A DNA stretch of 12,623 bases from Promethearchaeota archaeon (GTDB taxonomy: Archaea > Asgardarchaeota > Lokiarchaeia > Sigyniarchaeales > SOKP01). The translations under genes and the position numbers were made by a program. The stretch covers positions 1 through 12,623 of the forward strand of contig JBHLNT010000119.1 in the NCBI GenBank assembly GCA_048941265.1, read 5' to 3'. Below the pieces are notes generated by a model that was not told the DNA's origin, did no database searches, and saw only the letters and a list, made by a program, of their open reading frames with translations. The stretch's first letter is position 1. The number at the start of each line of letters is the position of its first letter. This document shows, piece by piece, positions 1-8,106 of the stretch.

Positions 1-280
1 AATCAAATTAATATATATTTTAAATTATATTTTTAAACAATTTAAAGCTTTAAATTGTTAATGCAACGAATAATTAATGTTGCGTATTATTTTTATTGAC
101 TGAATATATTGATTTATGTACATATTTTGTGTTAATAATCAATAAATGAAATCCTTTTTTAAAAAAGTTACACTCTTAAGAAAAGATTGAATAGTAACAA
201 CTAATTAAAATATTTAAATTAAAAAGACGAGATAGAAAGTACGGAAGTTCAATAAATTAGCACCTTTATTAAATTTTTTA

Positions 281-1675
281 TTAGTACTTTTTTTTTTTAA
301 GTGCGTTTGTAAGTTCTTTTAGTTTTTTTGAAATTTGTAGCTTAAAGACGTGATTTTCTTCCAATTTTTTAAACTCATCTGGCAATTTTTTTATATTTTC
401 TTGATAATATTTTTGAGTTTCTTGTAAATTAGGTGGTTCATAAATTAATTCACCCTTTTCCATAATTGGAATCAGTAATGGTTCTGAATTAGAAGGTGTC
501 GGTTCATCATCTAGCATTAAAACGTCTTCTTTAAACATTCCTCTATTATCATATATTCTATAGATTTGTTTTTTTCCAGGATAGGTTATTTTATCCTCAC
601 TGATTTTAATTTTAGGGGACCCATTATATTCCATTAATTTATAAACAGCCGCAAGTGTTGGATCATCTCGAGATGTGGCTAATTCTGTGCCTATGCCAAA
701 AGCATCTATTGGGGCATTTTTATCAATAATATCTTTTATTTTATATTCATTTAAATCAGAACTTGCAACAATTAGGACATTTTTACAGCCATTTTCATCT
801 AAAATTATTCGAACCTTTTTTGCATGTTCTATAAGGTCTCCCGAATCTATTCTCACACCTCGTATAGTATTTTTATACTTACAGACTTTTTCTGCGGCCT
901 TTTCAGTATCGTAGGTATCAATTAACATTATTGATTCTTCCCCATAGATATCATAATATGCATCAAAACTATCTATTTCCTTGTCAAATTTCTGTATAAA
1001 ACTATGTGCCATTGTACCGCTAGAATTAATTCCTAATTCTATATCAGCAACTACATTACTTGTTCCATTGAAGCCTGAAATATAGCTTGCTCGTGCTGCA
1101 TAAACACCTGCAAGCGGACCATGTGATCGCCTTGTACCAAATTCGAGGAGAACTTTATCTGGAGCTATATTCTTAATTCGAGATGCTTTAGAAGCCACAA
1201 TAGTTTGAAAATTAATAACATTCAATAAATAGGTCTCAGCTAATTGCGCATGAAATATAGGTCCTTGAACTCTCATAATTGGTTCATTGGGGAAAAAAAA
1301 ATTCCCTTCTTTCATCGAAACTACATCTAAATTAAATTTAAAATGAGGTAGATATTCATCAAAAAAGCTGGAATCTATATTCTTAAAAACCTCTTTTTTC
1401 CTCAAGAACTCGATTGTTTTAGGAGTAAACTTTGCATTTTGTAAATAGTAAATAACTTGTTCTAATCCCGCAAAGATTAAATAATTTCGATTTTTAGGAT
1501 ATTTTCTTACGAAGAGATCAAACACAGCAATATCATCTTTCTCAGTTCGATTATTTTTTAAATTATACTGATAATATGCTGCTCCCATTGTCAACTGATA
1601 GAAATCTGTCGCGAGAATCATATTAATATCATTTAAAAATCCTGATTTCAAGTCTTTCACCTTCATTTTATACAA
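281..1675 (-). CDS. pncB: Nicotinate phosphoribosyltransferase (NAD salvage)
   Basis: Family motifs TDFYQLTM, EFGTRRSH, GTSNV, GTMAHSFIQ (phosphorylated His), LIDTY, GVRIDSGD, FGIGTEL, VYKL, K..PGKK. The ORF starts at TTG 1675; ATG at 1666 is an equally plausible start. Confidence 0.96.
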   Translation of the reverse strand: MYKMKVKDLKSGFLNDINMILATDFYQLTMGAAYYQYNLKNNRTEKDDIAVFDLFVRKYPKNRNYLIFAGLEQVIYYLQNAKFTPKTIEFLRKKEVFKNIDSSFFDEYLPHFKFNLDVVSMKEGNFFFPNEPIMRVQGPIFHAQLAETYLLNVINFQTIVASKASRIKNIAPDKVLLEFGTRRSHGPLAGVYAARASYISGFNGTSNVVADIELGINSSGTMAHSFIQKFDKEIDSFDAYYDIYGEESIMLIDTYDTEKAAEKVCKYKNTIRGVRIDSGDLIEHAKKVRIILDENGCKNVLIVASSDLNEYKIKDIIDKNAPIDAFGIGTELATSRDDPTLAAVYKLMEYNGSPKIKISEDKITYPGKKQIYRIYDNRGMFKEDVLMLDDEPTPSNSEPLLIPIMEKGELIYEPPNLQETQKYYQENIKKLPDEFKKLEENHVFKLQISKKLKELTNALKKKKY

Positions 1676-1825
1676 AAATTATAGTAACTTAAATTATAAT
1701 ATGATAAGTTGATTATTTAATATAACCTCATAGCAATTTCCTATTAATTTAAAAAATTTGACCTATAATCCTTGAGAATAAATAATTAAAAAAAAAGTAT
1801 ATTTAATAATTTTACATCGATTTTC

Positions 1826-2656
1826 TTATTCTTTAGGTACTATTTTAATCTCTTGAGGAGTAATATTAATTCCCATTTTTTCAAATCCTTTAATTAAACG
1901 TTTATTAACGTTGTCCATTCCTGCTTCCAATATTAATGATAGAAAAACGAAAAATAGAATCAATACGAGTGGATCGATGAAAATTATAAAATAATTTTGA
2001 ATTGTTACTCCTTGCTGAGCAAATGTATATATAATCAATATATAAGTAATAATAGTTGAAATACCAACATATCCCTTAAATACAGTAGAATAAAATCGAC
2101 CTACACTTTCAATATCAGGAGTTACCCTGGTCTTATACTTATTTAGATTTAATGAACACATCAGCCCTGCAGAATCTAAAATCCAAATGGGTGTGATTAT
2201 AAGTATAGCGATAGGAGCTCCAACTATTATTGCTATCCATTCAATCATTGCGGGAAGACTGGTCTCATCCGATCTTACAGCAAATAGATGATTAAATTCT
2301 CCTAAGAGGGCTATATAAATCGCAATATTAATAGCCAGTAATCCGGGATAAACACTACGAATTATGATTCTTGAACCTGTGATCTTTTTCTCTGGATCAA
2401 TAAGAAAATACTCATATCTGTTTAATTTCATTAATTTATGAATGGAAATAAAAGCTTTTGCAATTAAATGCCCAATAAAATACATTAATATCATTATTAC
2501 TATTGGAATTACCATAACTAATATATAATCTGAAATTGCGCCCCCGGGATATAATGGAATCAAGTCGCCTTCAAAAGGAATGAGTAACAAAAAAGCAAAG
2601 CCATACACAATAATTAGCAATGAAAGAATTACTGGCCCTATAAATCTTTTTTCCAT
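1826..2656 (-). CDS. Uncharacterised polytopic membrane protein (about 6 TM helices)
   Basis: 276-aa ATG ORF with several long hydrophobic stretches (e.g. GPVILSLLIIVYGFAFLLLIP, ILVMVIPIVIMILMYFIG, WIAIIVGAPIAILIITPIW, GISTIITYILIIYTF). No family recognised. Confidence 0.8.
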   Translation of the reverse strand: MEKRFIGPVILSLLIIVYGFAFLLLIPFEGDLIPLYPGGAISDYILVMVIPIVIMILMYFIGHLIAKAFISIHKLMKLNRYEYFLIDPEKKITGSRIIIRSVYPGLLAINIAIYIALLGEFNHLFAVRSDETSLPAMIEWIAIIVGAPIAILIITPIWILDSAGLMCSLNLNKYKTRVTPDIESVGRFYSTVFKGYVGISTIITYILIIYTFAQQGVTIQNYFIIFIDPLVLILFFVFLSLILEAGMDNVNKRLIKGFEKMGINITPQEIKIVPKE

Positions 2657-2922
2657 TTTATAACACTAATTTAGTAAAAATATATTTGAAAAGATAATAA
2701 AATAAAATTATATAAACTTGATCCAATTTCTTTCTTGCCATTAGAGTCAAAAGATTATATCTTAAAGTTTTAATTTTTCAGAACACTTGATCTCTTTTCA
2801 GAATGCCTATAAAAATTGAATCTTTAGTTTAATATTATTTATTTTAACTTATATCATATGAAAACTATTTTATGTTATAATATTGGGATGAGGTACGTAT
2901 AGTTTTATGAATTCCGCTTTAA

Positions 2923-3885
2923 TTATTTAAGTTTTTCAATTTTTCTTATATTTTTTACGATATACATTCGTAAGAAATTATCTCGTGTGAGTTTTCCATT
3001 CGCACTTATTTTTTCGCCTAATTTCAAATTATTCTCATTATGAAGTTTTTCACTTAATCTTAGATTTAATGATTCTACTGATTTTATATCTTCCTCTTTA
3101 TATTCACTTTGTTTTTGAATTCTGGGTCCTATTTTGACATTTTTAAGCGAGGTAAGGTAATAAATTGTGATATTTCCCTGAAAATCTTGTTCTTTTTTCT
3201 CTAAATTTGCGATTTCGCCCTCATATACGGTAATACTATTATTTACTAATTCCATAAATTGAAAATCTTCTGAGCTTTTATCTACTAATCTCATAGCATC
3301 TGTTTTTTCTCCCTCTTCTTCGCTAGGTAATTGTCCCCTCAATACAATAGAATCTATTCTTTCCTCAAAATCCTTTGGTAACGCTGTTAAATTCCAATCT
3401 TTTAAGGTAAAATACCCCTCTTTTAATGAAAATATAAATCCCACCCAGAAATGATTGCAAAAACCCATATTTGATCCAATTCTACAATCACAATCCCGCT
3501 CTGGATTATCAATATTATTCTTTGTTATCGATAAAAACGATGTAATTTCCCAATTAAAACCTTTAAATTTAGTTTCAATTTCATGATTATCTGGGTTCAC
3601 AATTCGAATAGAGTCAATCGATTCTCTATCCTGCCCATTTATTTTTTTAATAGCTAGATCAATCTCCTTGGAAACAATCTCTATTTCTTTCTCCTTGAGT
3701 AATTCTTTCATTTCTTCTTCCGATAATGAATCTAAAATAAATTCAATTATTTCAGCCTTTTTAAATTTTGAGTAACCTACTAATTGAAAATCTTTACAGA
3801 TCTGTTTTAATTCTTTGACATTTAAAGATTGTAATAAGTAGCTCAGATATGTATTATCATCAATCTTGCGTGTCATTTTTTTCAA
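2923..3885 (-). CDS. SWIM zinc-finger protein with N-terminal HeH (Rho-N/SAP-like) domain and putative C-terminal OB fold
   Basis: LQSLNVKELKQICKDFQLVGYSKFKKAEIIEFI fits the Rho_N/SAP helix-extension-helix pattern. CDC-x8-CNH fits the SWIM CxC...CxH pattern. The C-terminus is beta-rich (ITVYEGEI...LKLGEKISANGKL). Likely start is ATG 3876 rather than TTG 3885. Confidence 0.75.
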   Translation of the reverse strand: MKKMTRKIDDNTYLSYLLQSLNVKELKQICKDFQLVGYSKFKKAEIIEFILDSLSEEEMKELLKEKEIEIVSKEIDLAIKKINGQDRESIDSIRIVNPDNHEIETKFKGFNWEITSFLSITKNNIDNPERDCDCRIGSNMGFCNHFWVGFIFSLKEGYFTLKDWNLTALPKDFEERIDSIVLRGQLPSEEEGEKTDAMRLVDKSSEDFQFMELVNNSITVYEGEIANLEKKEQDFQGNITIYYLTSLKNVKIGPRIQKQSEYKEEDIKSVESLNLRLSEKLHNENNLKLGEKISANGKLTRDNFLRMYIVKNIRKIEKLK

Positions 3886-4007
3886 GCCCGAAAAATTAAA
3901 ATATATATACTATAAACATTAAAATGTCTTTCAATTAATAATTCGAAAATCAGATTTATAATTATAACGTTTTCAAAACATAATAGAAATAGATGTAATA
4001 ATTAACA

Positions 4008-4502
4008 ATGAGGCCAGAAGAAATCAAAAAAAATGCAGACTTTTTAATAAAAACGCTGCCGGGTATGGAAATTCCAGGTGCCGTTAGATTCAAATGTAAA
4101 TACAAGCATATGGTCGAATTAGCAAAATGCTTTGGAATTAATGATCCATTATATATTGGACCAAAAGAAAATGGAATTATTGCATGTCCTGCATTTGCAA
4201 ATGCCTTTTCCGCCAAGCTCTATGTAAATATGGCGCAAATTATCTTACTTCAAGATGGTAAACAACGTGGTCTAGTTATGGATTTTAAAAAATTACTTCA
4301 TGCTGCCAATGAATATGATTGGGAGGATTGTGTGAAAATAAAAGCGGGGGATATTCTCATAATAAAAGGCAAAATTGGGAAAGTATGGGTAAATAATGAA
4401 ATGAGATTATTCGGGGAAATTTTGCAATCCATACAAAATCAAAGAGGAGATTTGGTTTGTAAAGTAAAATCTGTTGCAACAATAGCTCCTGGAGGGTATT
4501 AA
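4008..4502 (+). CDS. MaoC/hot-dog fold dehydratase, HadA-like (MaoC_dehydrat_N-type) subunit
   Basis: LAKCFGINDPLY...IIACPAF and LLHAANEYDW...IKAGDIL match the non-catalytic HadA/FAS1-N-like hot-dog pattern. It lies 1 bp upstream of a MaoC gene. Confidence 0.75.
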   Translation: MRPEEIKKNADFLIKTLPGMEIPGAVRFKCKYKHMVELAKCFGINDPLYIGPKENGIIACPAFANAFSAKLYVNMAQIILLQDGKQRGLVMDFKKLLHAANEYDWEDCVKIKAGDILIIKGKIGKVWVNNEMRLFGEILQSIQNQRGDLVCKVKSVATIAPGGY

Positions 4503-4503
4503 C

Positions 4504-5061
4504 TTGGTTAAAATTAAAGATGTAAAAGTTGGACAAGAAATAAGGAATGAGTTTGATCAAATTACACGAGAATTGGTAAAAAAATACTCTAAACTAGGCG
4601 GCTTTGCAAAGTTAGCGTCCAATCCAATTCACGATGATGATGAAGAAGCTAAGAATGCAGGGTATAAGGGAGTTATCGCTCACGGATTATTCAGTTTCGG
4701 ATTTATAACTAAATTATTCGATGATTTTATTGAAAAGGGAAAGTACGGAAAATTAATTAAAATAGGTGTCGAAATGAGACATCCAGTACGATGTGGAGAT
4801 TTATTAGTTACTGAAGCCGTTGTAAATAAAATGGAGGGGAAACGAGTATACTTTGATGTTATACAGAAAACCATAACAAAAATACGTATTGAGATAAATG
4901 GAAAAGTTACAAAACAATTTGAAGCTGAGGAAAGGGATTATATTTCAGAAAAAGATTACGCTAAAGGGTATATTAAGAGAAAAGAAATTGATGAGGGAAC
5001 CCTATATTTTAGAGAAAGGATAAATAGCCCCGGATATGCTGTAGTAGAATTATTTGATTAA
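4504..5061 (+). CDS. MaoC family (R)-hydratase/dehydratase-like protein, HadB-like subunit
   Basis: NPIHDDDEEAKNAGYKGVIAHGLF hydratase-2-type motif and MRHPVRCGD. TTG start with a GGAGG SD-like sequence (4491-4495) inside the 3' end of the upstream gene. Confidence 0.85.
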   Translation: MVKIKDVKVGQEIRNEFDQITRELVKKYSKLGGFAKLASNPIHDDDEEAKNAGYKGVIAHGLFSFGFITKLFDDFIEKGKYGKLIKIGVEMRHPVRCGDLLVTEAVVNKMEGKRVYFDVIQKTITKIRIEINGKVTKQFEAEERDYISEKDYAKGYIKRKEIDEGTLYFRERINSPGYAVVELFD

Positions 5062-5292
5062 TTTTTCAATTGCAGGACAATTAAAAGCTATAAATGATCG
5101 ATTTCGAACAAGATGTTTAACTAAATCTCGGATTTTAATAATTTATTTATTAAATAATAACTAAATTTGAAAATATTATTAGTGTGATAATATTTAAATA
5201 CGCGAAAAGATGTTTGTCTAAGAACAATATTTTATTAATTAAACAAGTATTTGAATAAAAATTAAATAGCCATAAAAGGTGAACATAAAGAA

Positions 5293-5499
5293 ATGCCGGC
5301 TTTATTTGGTGATTTTTTCCGTCATTTATTCCAAATTAAGTTTGGGGAAGAAATTAGTATGAGTGCATTCGATTTCGAAAGATCATTTCATAATTATTTT
5401 ACTTATGAAAAAAAACCCCATGGAAAATATAAATGGGGCGAAATTGACAACAAATCTTCAAAAGATTTCAAAAAGTCGCTTAAAAAATTCTTCGAATAG
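5293..5499 (+). CDS. Small hypothetical protein (68 aa, aromatic-rich)
   Basis: ATG ORF with AGGTGA SD-like sequence at about 5277-5282. It fills an otherwise empty intergenic gap and is followed by T-rich tracts. Confidence 0.6.
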   Translation: MPALFGDFFRHLFQIKFGEEISMSAFDFERSFHNYFTYEKKPHGKYKWGEIDNKSSKDFKKSLKKFFE

Positions 5500-5622
5500 A
5501 TGAGGAAAACAAATTTTTAAAAATTTATTTATGTTAGTTTTACTCTTTTTATTATTTTCTCTTTTTATATGAAACTGTCTAGAGGTTTAATTAATTTTAA
5601 TAATTTAAATGTAAAGTGTAAA

Positions 5623-5645
5623 TTTTATATGTTCATGATCATGAA
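5623..5645 (+). promoter_or_regulatory. Putative TATA box (TTTTATAT) followed by a perfect 14-bp palindrome TTCATGATCATGAA
   Basis: TTTTATAT at 5623-5630 with a purine-rich upstream BRE-like stretch. The palindrome at 5632-5645 lies about 30 bp upstream of the HEAT gene start. Confidence 0.45.
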
Positions 5646-5676
5646 GTTATATGATAAAAAAATCTTCTTGTGAAAT

Positions 5677-6591
5677 TTGACGTCATTTGACTCGATATTT
5701 AAAGATATAAATAAAATAAGCAAAAGCGAAGCTATTGAGCGGCTCCATATATCATATTCCATTGCAGATTCCAAAAAAACTAGAATTAAAATTTTAGAAA
5801 TGTTAAATGAGTTACAAGATAAGACTCATTTTGAAGAAATTGAAAATTATTTCATTTCCGATGAAGATCCAGAAGTAAGGATAGAGGCTGCTAAATTATT
5901 AGCATTTAATTATAATGAAAGAAAAGCAAAAGCAATCCAACCATTGATTTGGGTTTTAGAACATGAAAAAAAGAATGAGCTTAAACTAACAGCGATTAGA
6001 TTATTAGTGCCATTAGCCTATCGGAGGGAGTATAGGAGCCTAATTATTGAAAGTTTAAAAAAAATGTTAAAAAGTAGTGAGGATAATCTTAAGATAGAAG
6101 TTATCGAGTCTTTGGGATTTCTTAAGGAAGAATCTGCAGCAACAGATTTTGTAGAATTGCTAAAATCTTCGAATAAACAGATTCGGATAAGCGCGATTGA
6201 AGCATTAGATAGTTTAAATCATTATCCCAAAACAGCAACACAGTACTTATTAGATAGCCTTGGTTTAGATAATTACATTTTATGGAGATATGCCTTTGAA
6301 ACTCTTAAAAAGAAATTAAATCTAAATCTTTTAATTGAAAAATTATTAAAGATCTTGGAGGAGACTAAAGTTAACGACGATGATCTTAATATTGGATATT
6401 TACGACGTGGAATAATTAAAGCTTTAGGAGAACTTGGCGATAAGCGAGCTGTTAACTCTTTATTAAATGCTCTAAAAGATTGGCATTATTGGGTAAGGGA
6501 AGAAGCTGTGAGTGCTTTAGATAAGATTGAGCCTAAATGGAAAATTAAATATAGAACGAAACTTAAAAAAAATAATATTAATGTTAAATAA
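5677..6591 (+). CDS. HEAT-repeat (PBS lyase-like) protein
   Basis: Repeated units DEDPEVRIEAAKLL, SSEDNLKIEVIESLG, SSNKQIRISAIEALD, LRRGIIKALGELGDKRAVNSLLNALKDWHYWVREEAVSALDKI. TTG start. Confidence 0.9.
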   Translation: MTSFDSIFKDINKISKSEAIERLHISYSIADSKKTRIKILEMLNELQDKTHFEEIENYFISDEDPEVRIEAAKLLAFNYNERKAKAIQPLIWVLEHEKKNELKLTAIRLLVPLAYRREYRSLIIESLKKMLKSSEDNLKIEVIESLGFLKEESAATDFVELLKSSNKQIRISAIEALDSLNHYPKTATQYLLDSLGLDNYILWRYAFETLKKKLNLNLLIEKLLKILEETKVNDDDLNIGYLRRGIIKALGELGDKRAVNSLLNALKDWHYWVREEAVSALDKIEPKWKIKYRTKLKKNNINVK

Positions 6592-6636
6592 TGAACCAAC
6601 CTTGTACATTTTTAAATAAAAAAATGTGAGTGCAAA

Positions 6637-7506
6637 ATGGGAAATTTATTTAATGAAATTGAAGAGAAATATATCGAAACAAACGGAGTTAAGCTTCATA
6701 CCGTTTTAATTGGTAAAGGAGAGCCCCTAATTCTGCTTCATGGATTTCCAGAATTTTGGTATTGTTGGAAAGATGTGATTCCGGGGTTAAAAGATAAATA
6801 TAAGTTAATTATTCCTGACATGCGAGGCTATAACCTCTCTGATAAGCCGGAAGGTGTTGAAAACTATTCATTGAAGATTCTTGTTGATGATATCAAGGGT
6901 TTAAGTGAAAAATTGAATTTAGGCAAGTTCTATCTTGCGGGACATGATTGGGGTGGAGTGGTTGCATGGGGATTTGCTGAAAAATATCCTGAAATATTAA
7001 AAAAATTGGTAATACTTAATGCTCCCCATTTAATCATATTTAATAATCTATTAATGAAAAAGCAAGATAAGACGCAAGTAAAAGCTAGTGGGTATATATT
7101 TAGATTTTTACAACCTGATGGAGAGAAATTTCTTTTCGAAAAAGATTTTCAAGCTCTAAAATTCGCAGTATTCGGAATGGCAACAAATAAAAAGGCATTT
7201 AGCGACTTTGATAAAGAAAAGTACGTAGAAGCCTGGTCTCAACCTGGCGCAATAACCGCGGGAGTGAATTATTATAGAGCAAGTGCAGCAAATCAATCTG
7301 TTGCTGACCAATGGAACGGTATAATAAACGTCCCTACCCTAGTTATTCATGGAATGAAAGACATGGCATTAACACCTAAAATATTAGATGGATTGGAAGA
7401 ATATGTAAAAGATTTAAAAGTCGTCAGGATCGAGGATGCTTCACATTGGGTATTAGTAGATGACCCGAAATCAGTAATTTCGAACATTTTAGAATTTATA
7501 AGTTAA
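6637..7506 (+). CDS. Alpha/beta hydrolase, epoxide hydrolase-like
   Basis: HGFPE oxyanion motif, DMRGYNLSDKP, nucleophile GHDWGG (Asp), lid tyrosines (GYIF, NYYRA), acid GMKD and catalytic ASHWV. Confidence 0.92.
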   Translation: MGNLFNEIEEKYIETNGVKLHTVLIGKGEPLILLHGFPEFWYCWKDVIPGLKDKYKLIIPDMRGYNLSDKPEGVENYSLKILVDDIKGLSEKLNLGKFYLAGHDWGGVVAWGFAEKYPEILKKLVILNAPHLIIFNNLLMKKQDKTQVKASGYIFRFLQPDGEKFLFEKDFQALKFAVFGMATNKKAFSDFDKEKYVEAWSQPGAITAGVNYYRASAANQSVADQWNGIINVPTLVIHGMKDMALTPKILDGLEEYVKDLKVVRIEDASHWVLVDDPKSVISNILEFIS

Positions 7507-7606
7507 AAAGATTACATTTATATCTGAGCTACTTCATAATTTTAACAAGAGATAATTTTAACTAATACAAAAAACTATTTTACTTGAAAAAAAAAAAAAT
7601 AAAAAT

Positions 7607-8071
7607 ATGTCTGAAAAAGAATTTAGTTGGACTATAAAACTTGATTGGCTTAATATCCTAAATCAATTAGGTTTAGAATCAATACATCAGATTCCAGAGG
7701 AAAAGAGAGATAAGGCAATTAAGAAACTTACAAAAAATTTTGGAACTCAAACATTATTAGATTTAGAACCCTCAGAATTAGACACTCTTGTTGTCGATGA
7801 ATTAAAGGAATTAATGAAAAAAGAACTATTCCTCAGGCAAAAAAAACAAGAGAAGATACAACAAGAAATGCGAAGCAAATTTGTGCCTTTTAAGCAAGGT
7901 GGTATTATAAAAATTGATCCAAGAGATTTTAAAGACTTGGATGTTGATTCTGATAATCCTGAGGATTTTTTAAAAGCATTATACAAAAAACTCATGGGTG
8001 AAAATGATAGTGATGATGAAGATGACGAAAATGATTCATACCATGAGGATAGCACTGGCTATTATATCTAA
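7607..8071 (+). CDS. Hypothetical protein with coiled-coil segment, acidic tail and C-terminal YYI (HbYX-type motif)
   Basis: 154-aa ATG ORF with protein-like composition: charged helix ELKELMKKELFLRQKKQEKIQQEMRSK and tail ENDSDDEDDENDSYHEDSTGYYI. An oligo-T tract follows the stop. Confidence 0.8.
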   Translation: MSEKEFSWTIKLDWLNILNQLGLESIHQIPEEKRDKAIKKLTKNFGTQTLLDLEPSELDTLVVDELKELMKKELFLRQKKQEKIQQEMRSKFVPFKQGGIIKIDPRDFKDLDVDSDNPEDFLKALYKKLMGENDSDDEDDENDSYHEDSTGYYI

Positions 8072-8078
8072 ATTCTTA

Positions 8079-8094
8079 TTTTTTTTTAAAAAAA
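8079..8094. terminator. Bidirectional archaeal oligo-T terminator (T9 followed by A7)
   Basis: TTTTTTTTTAAAAAAA lies in the 35-bp gap between convergent stops at 8071 (+) and 8107 (-), giving a U-tract on both transcripts. Confidence 0.6.
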
Positions 8095-8106
8095 GCTTCA
8101 TTATTT

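Noticed and set aside
1-280. AT-rich non-coding stretch as possible ncRNA, origin or CRISPR leader
   Set aside because: No GC-rich stems, ORB-like boxes or repeat-spacer structure are visible.
675-914. 79-aa + strand ORF
   Set aside because: Antisense shadow wholly inside pncB, with no protein-like features.
2775-2803. TTTTCAGAA direct repeat with a 20-bp period in an intergenic region
   Set aside because: Only 9 bp and two copies in very AT-rich DNA; compatible with chance.
3962-4874. Minus-strand ORFs 3962-4216, 4357-4560 and 4680-4874
   Set aside because: Antisense to the well-supported MaoC-like pair.
7587-7599. A13 homopolymer upstream of the 154-aa ORF as a phase-variation tract
   Set aside because: Long A/T runs are common throughout this window and no frameshifted gene is associated with this one.
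7747-8055. 102-aa Ser-rich minus-strand ORF
   Set aside because: The poly-Ser is the reverse-complement reading of Asp/Glu codons of the + strand gene.
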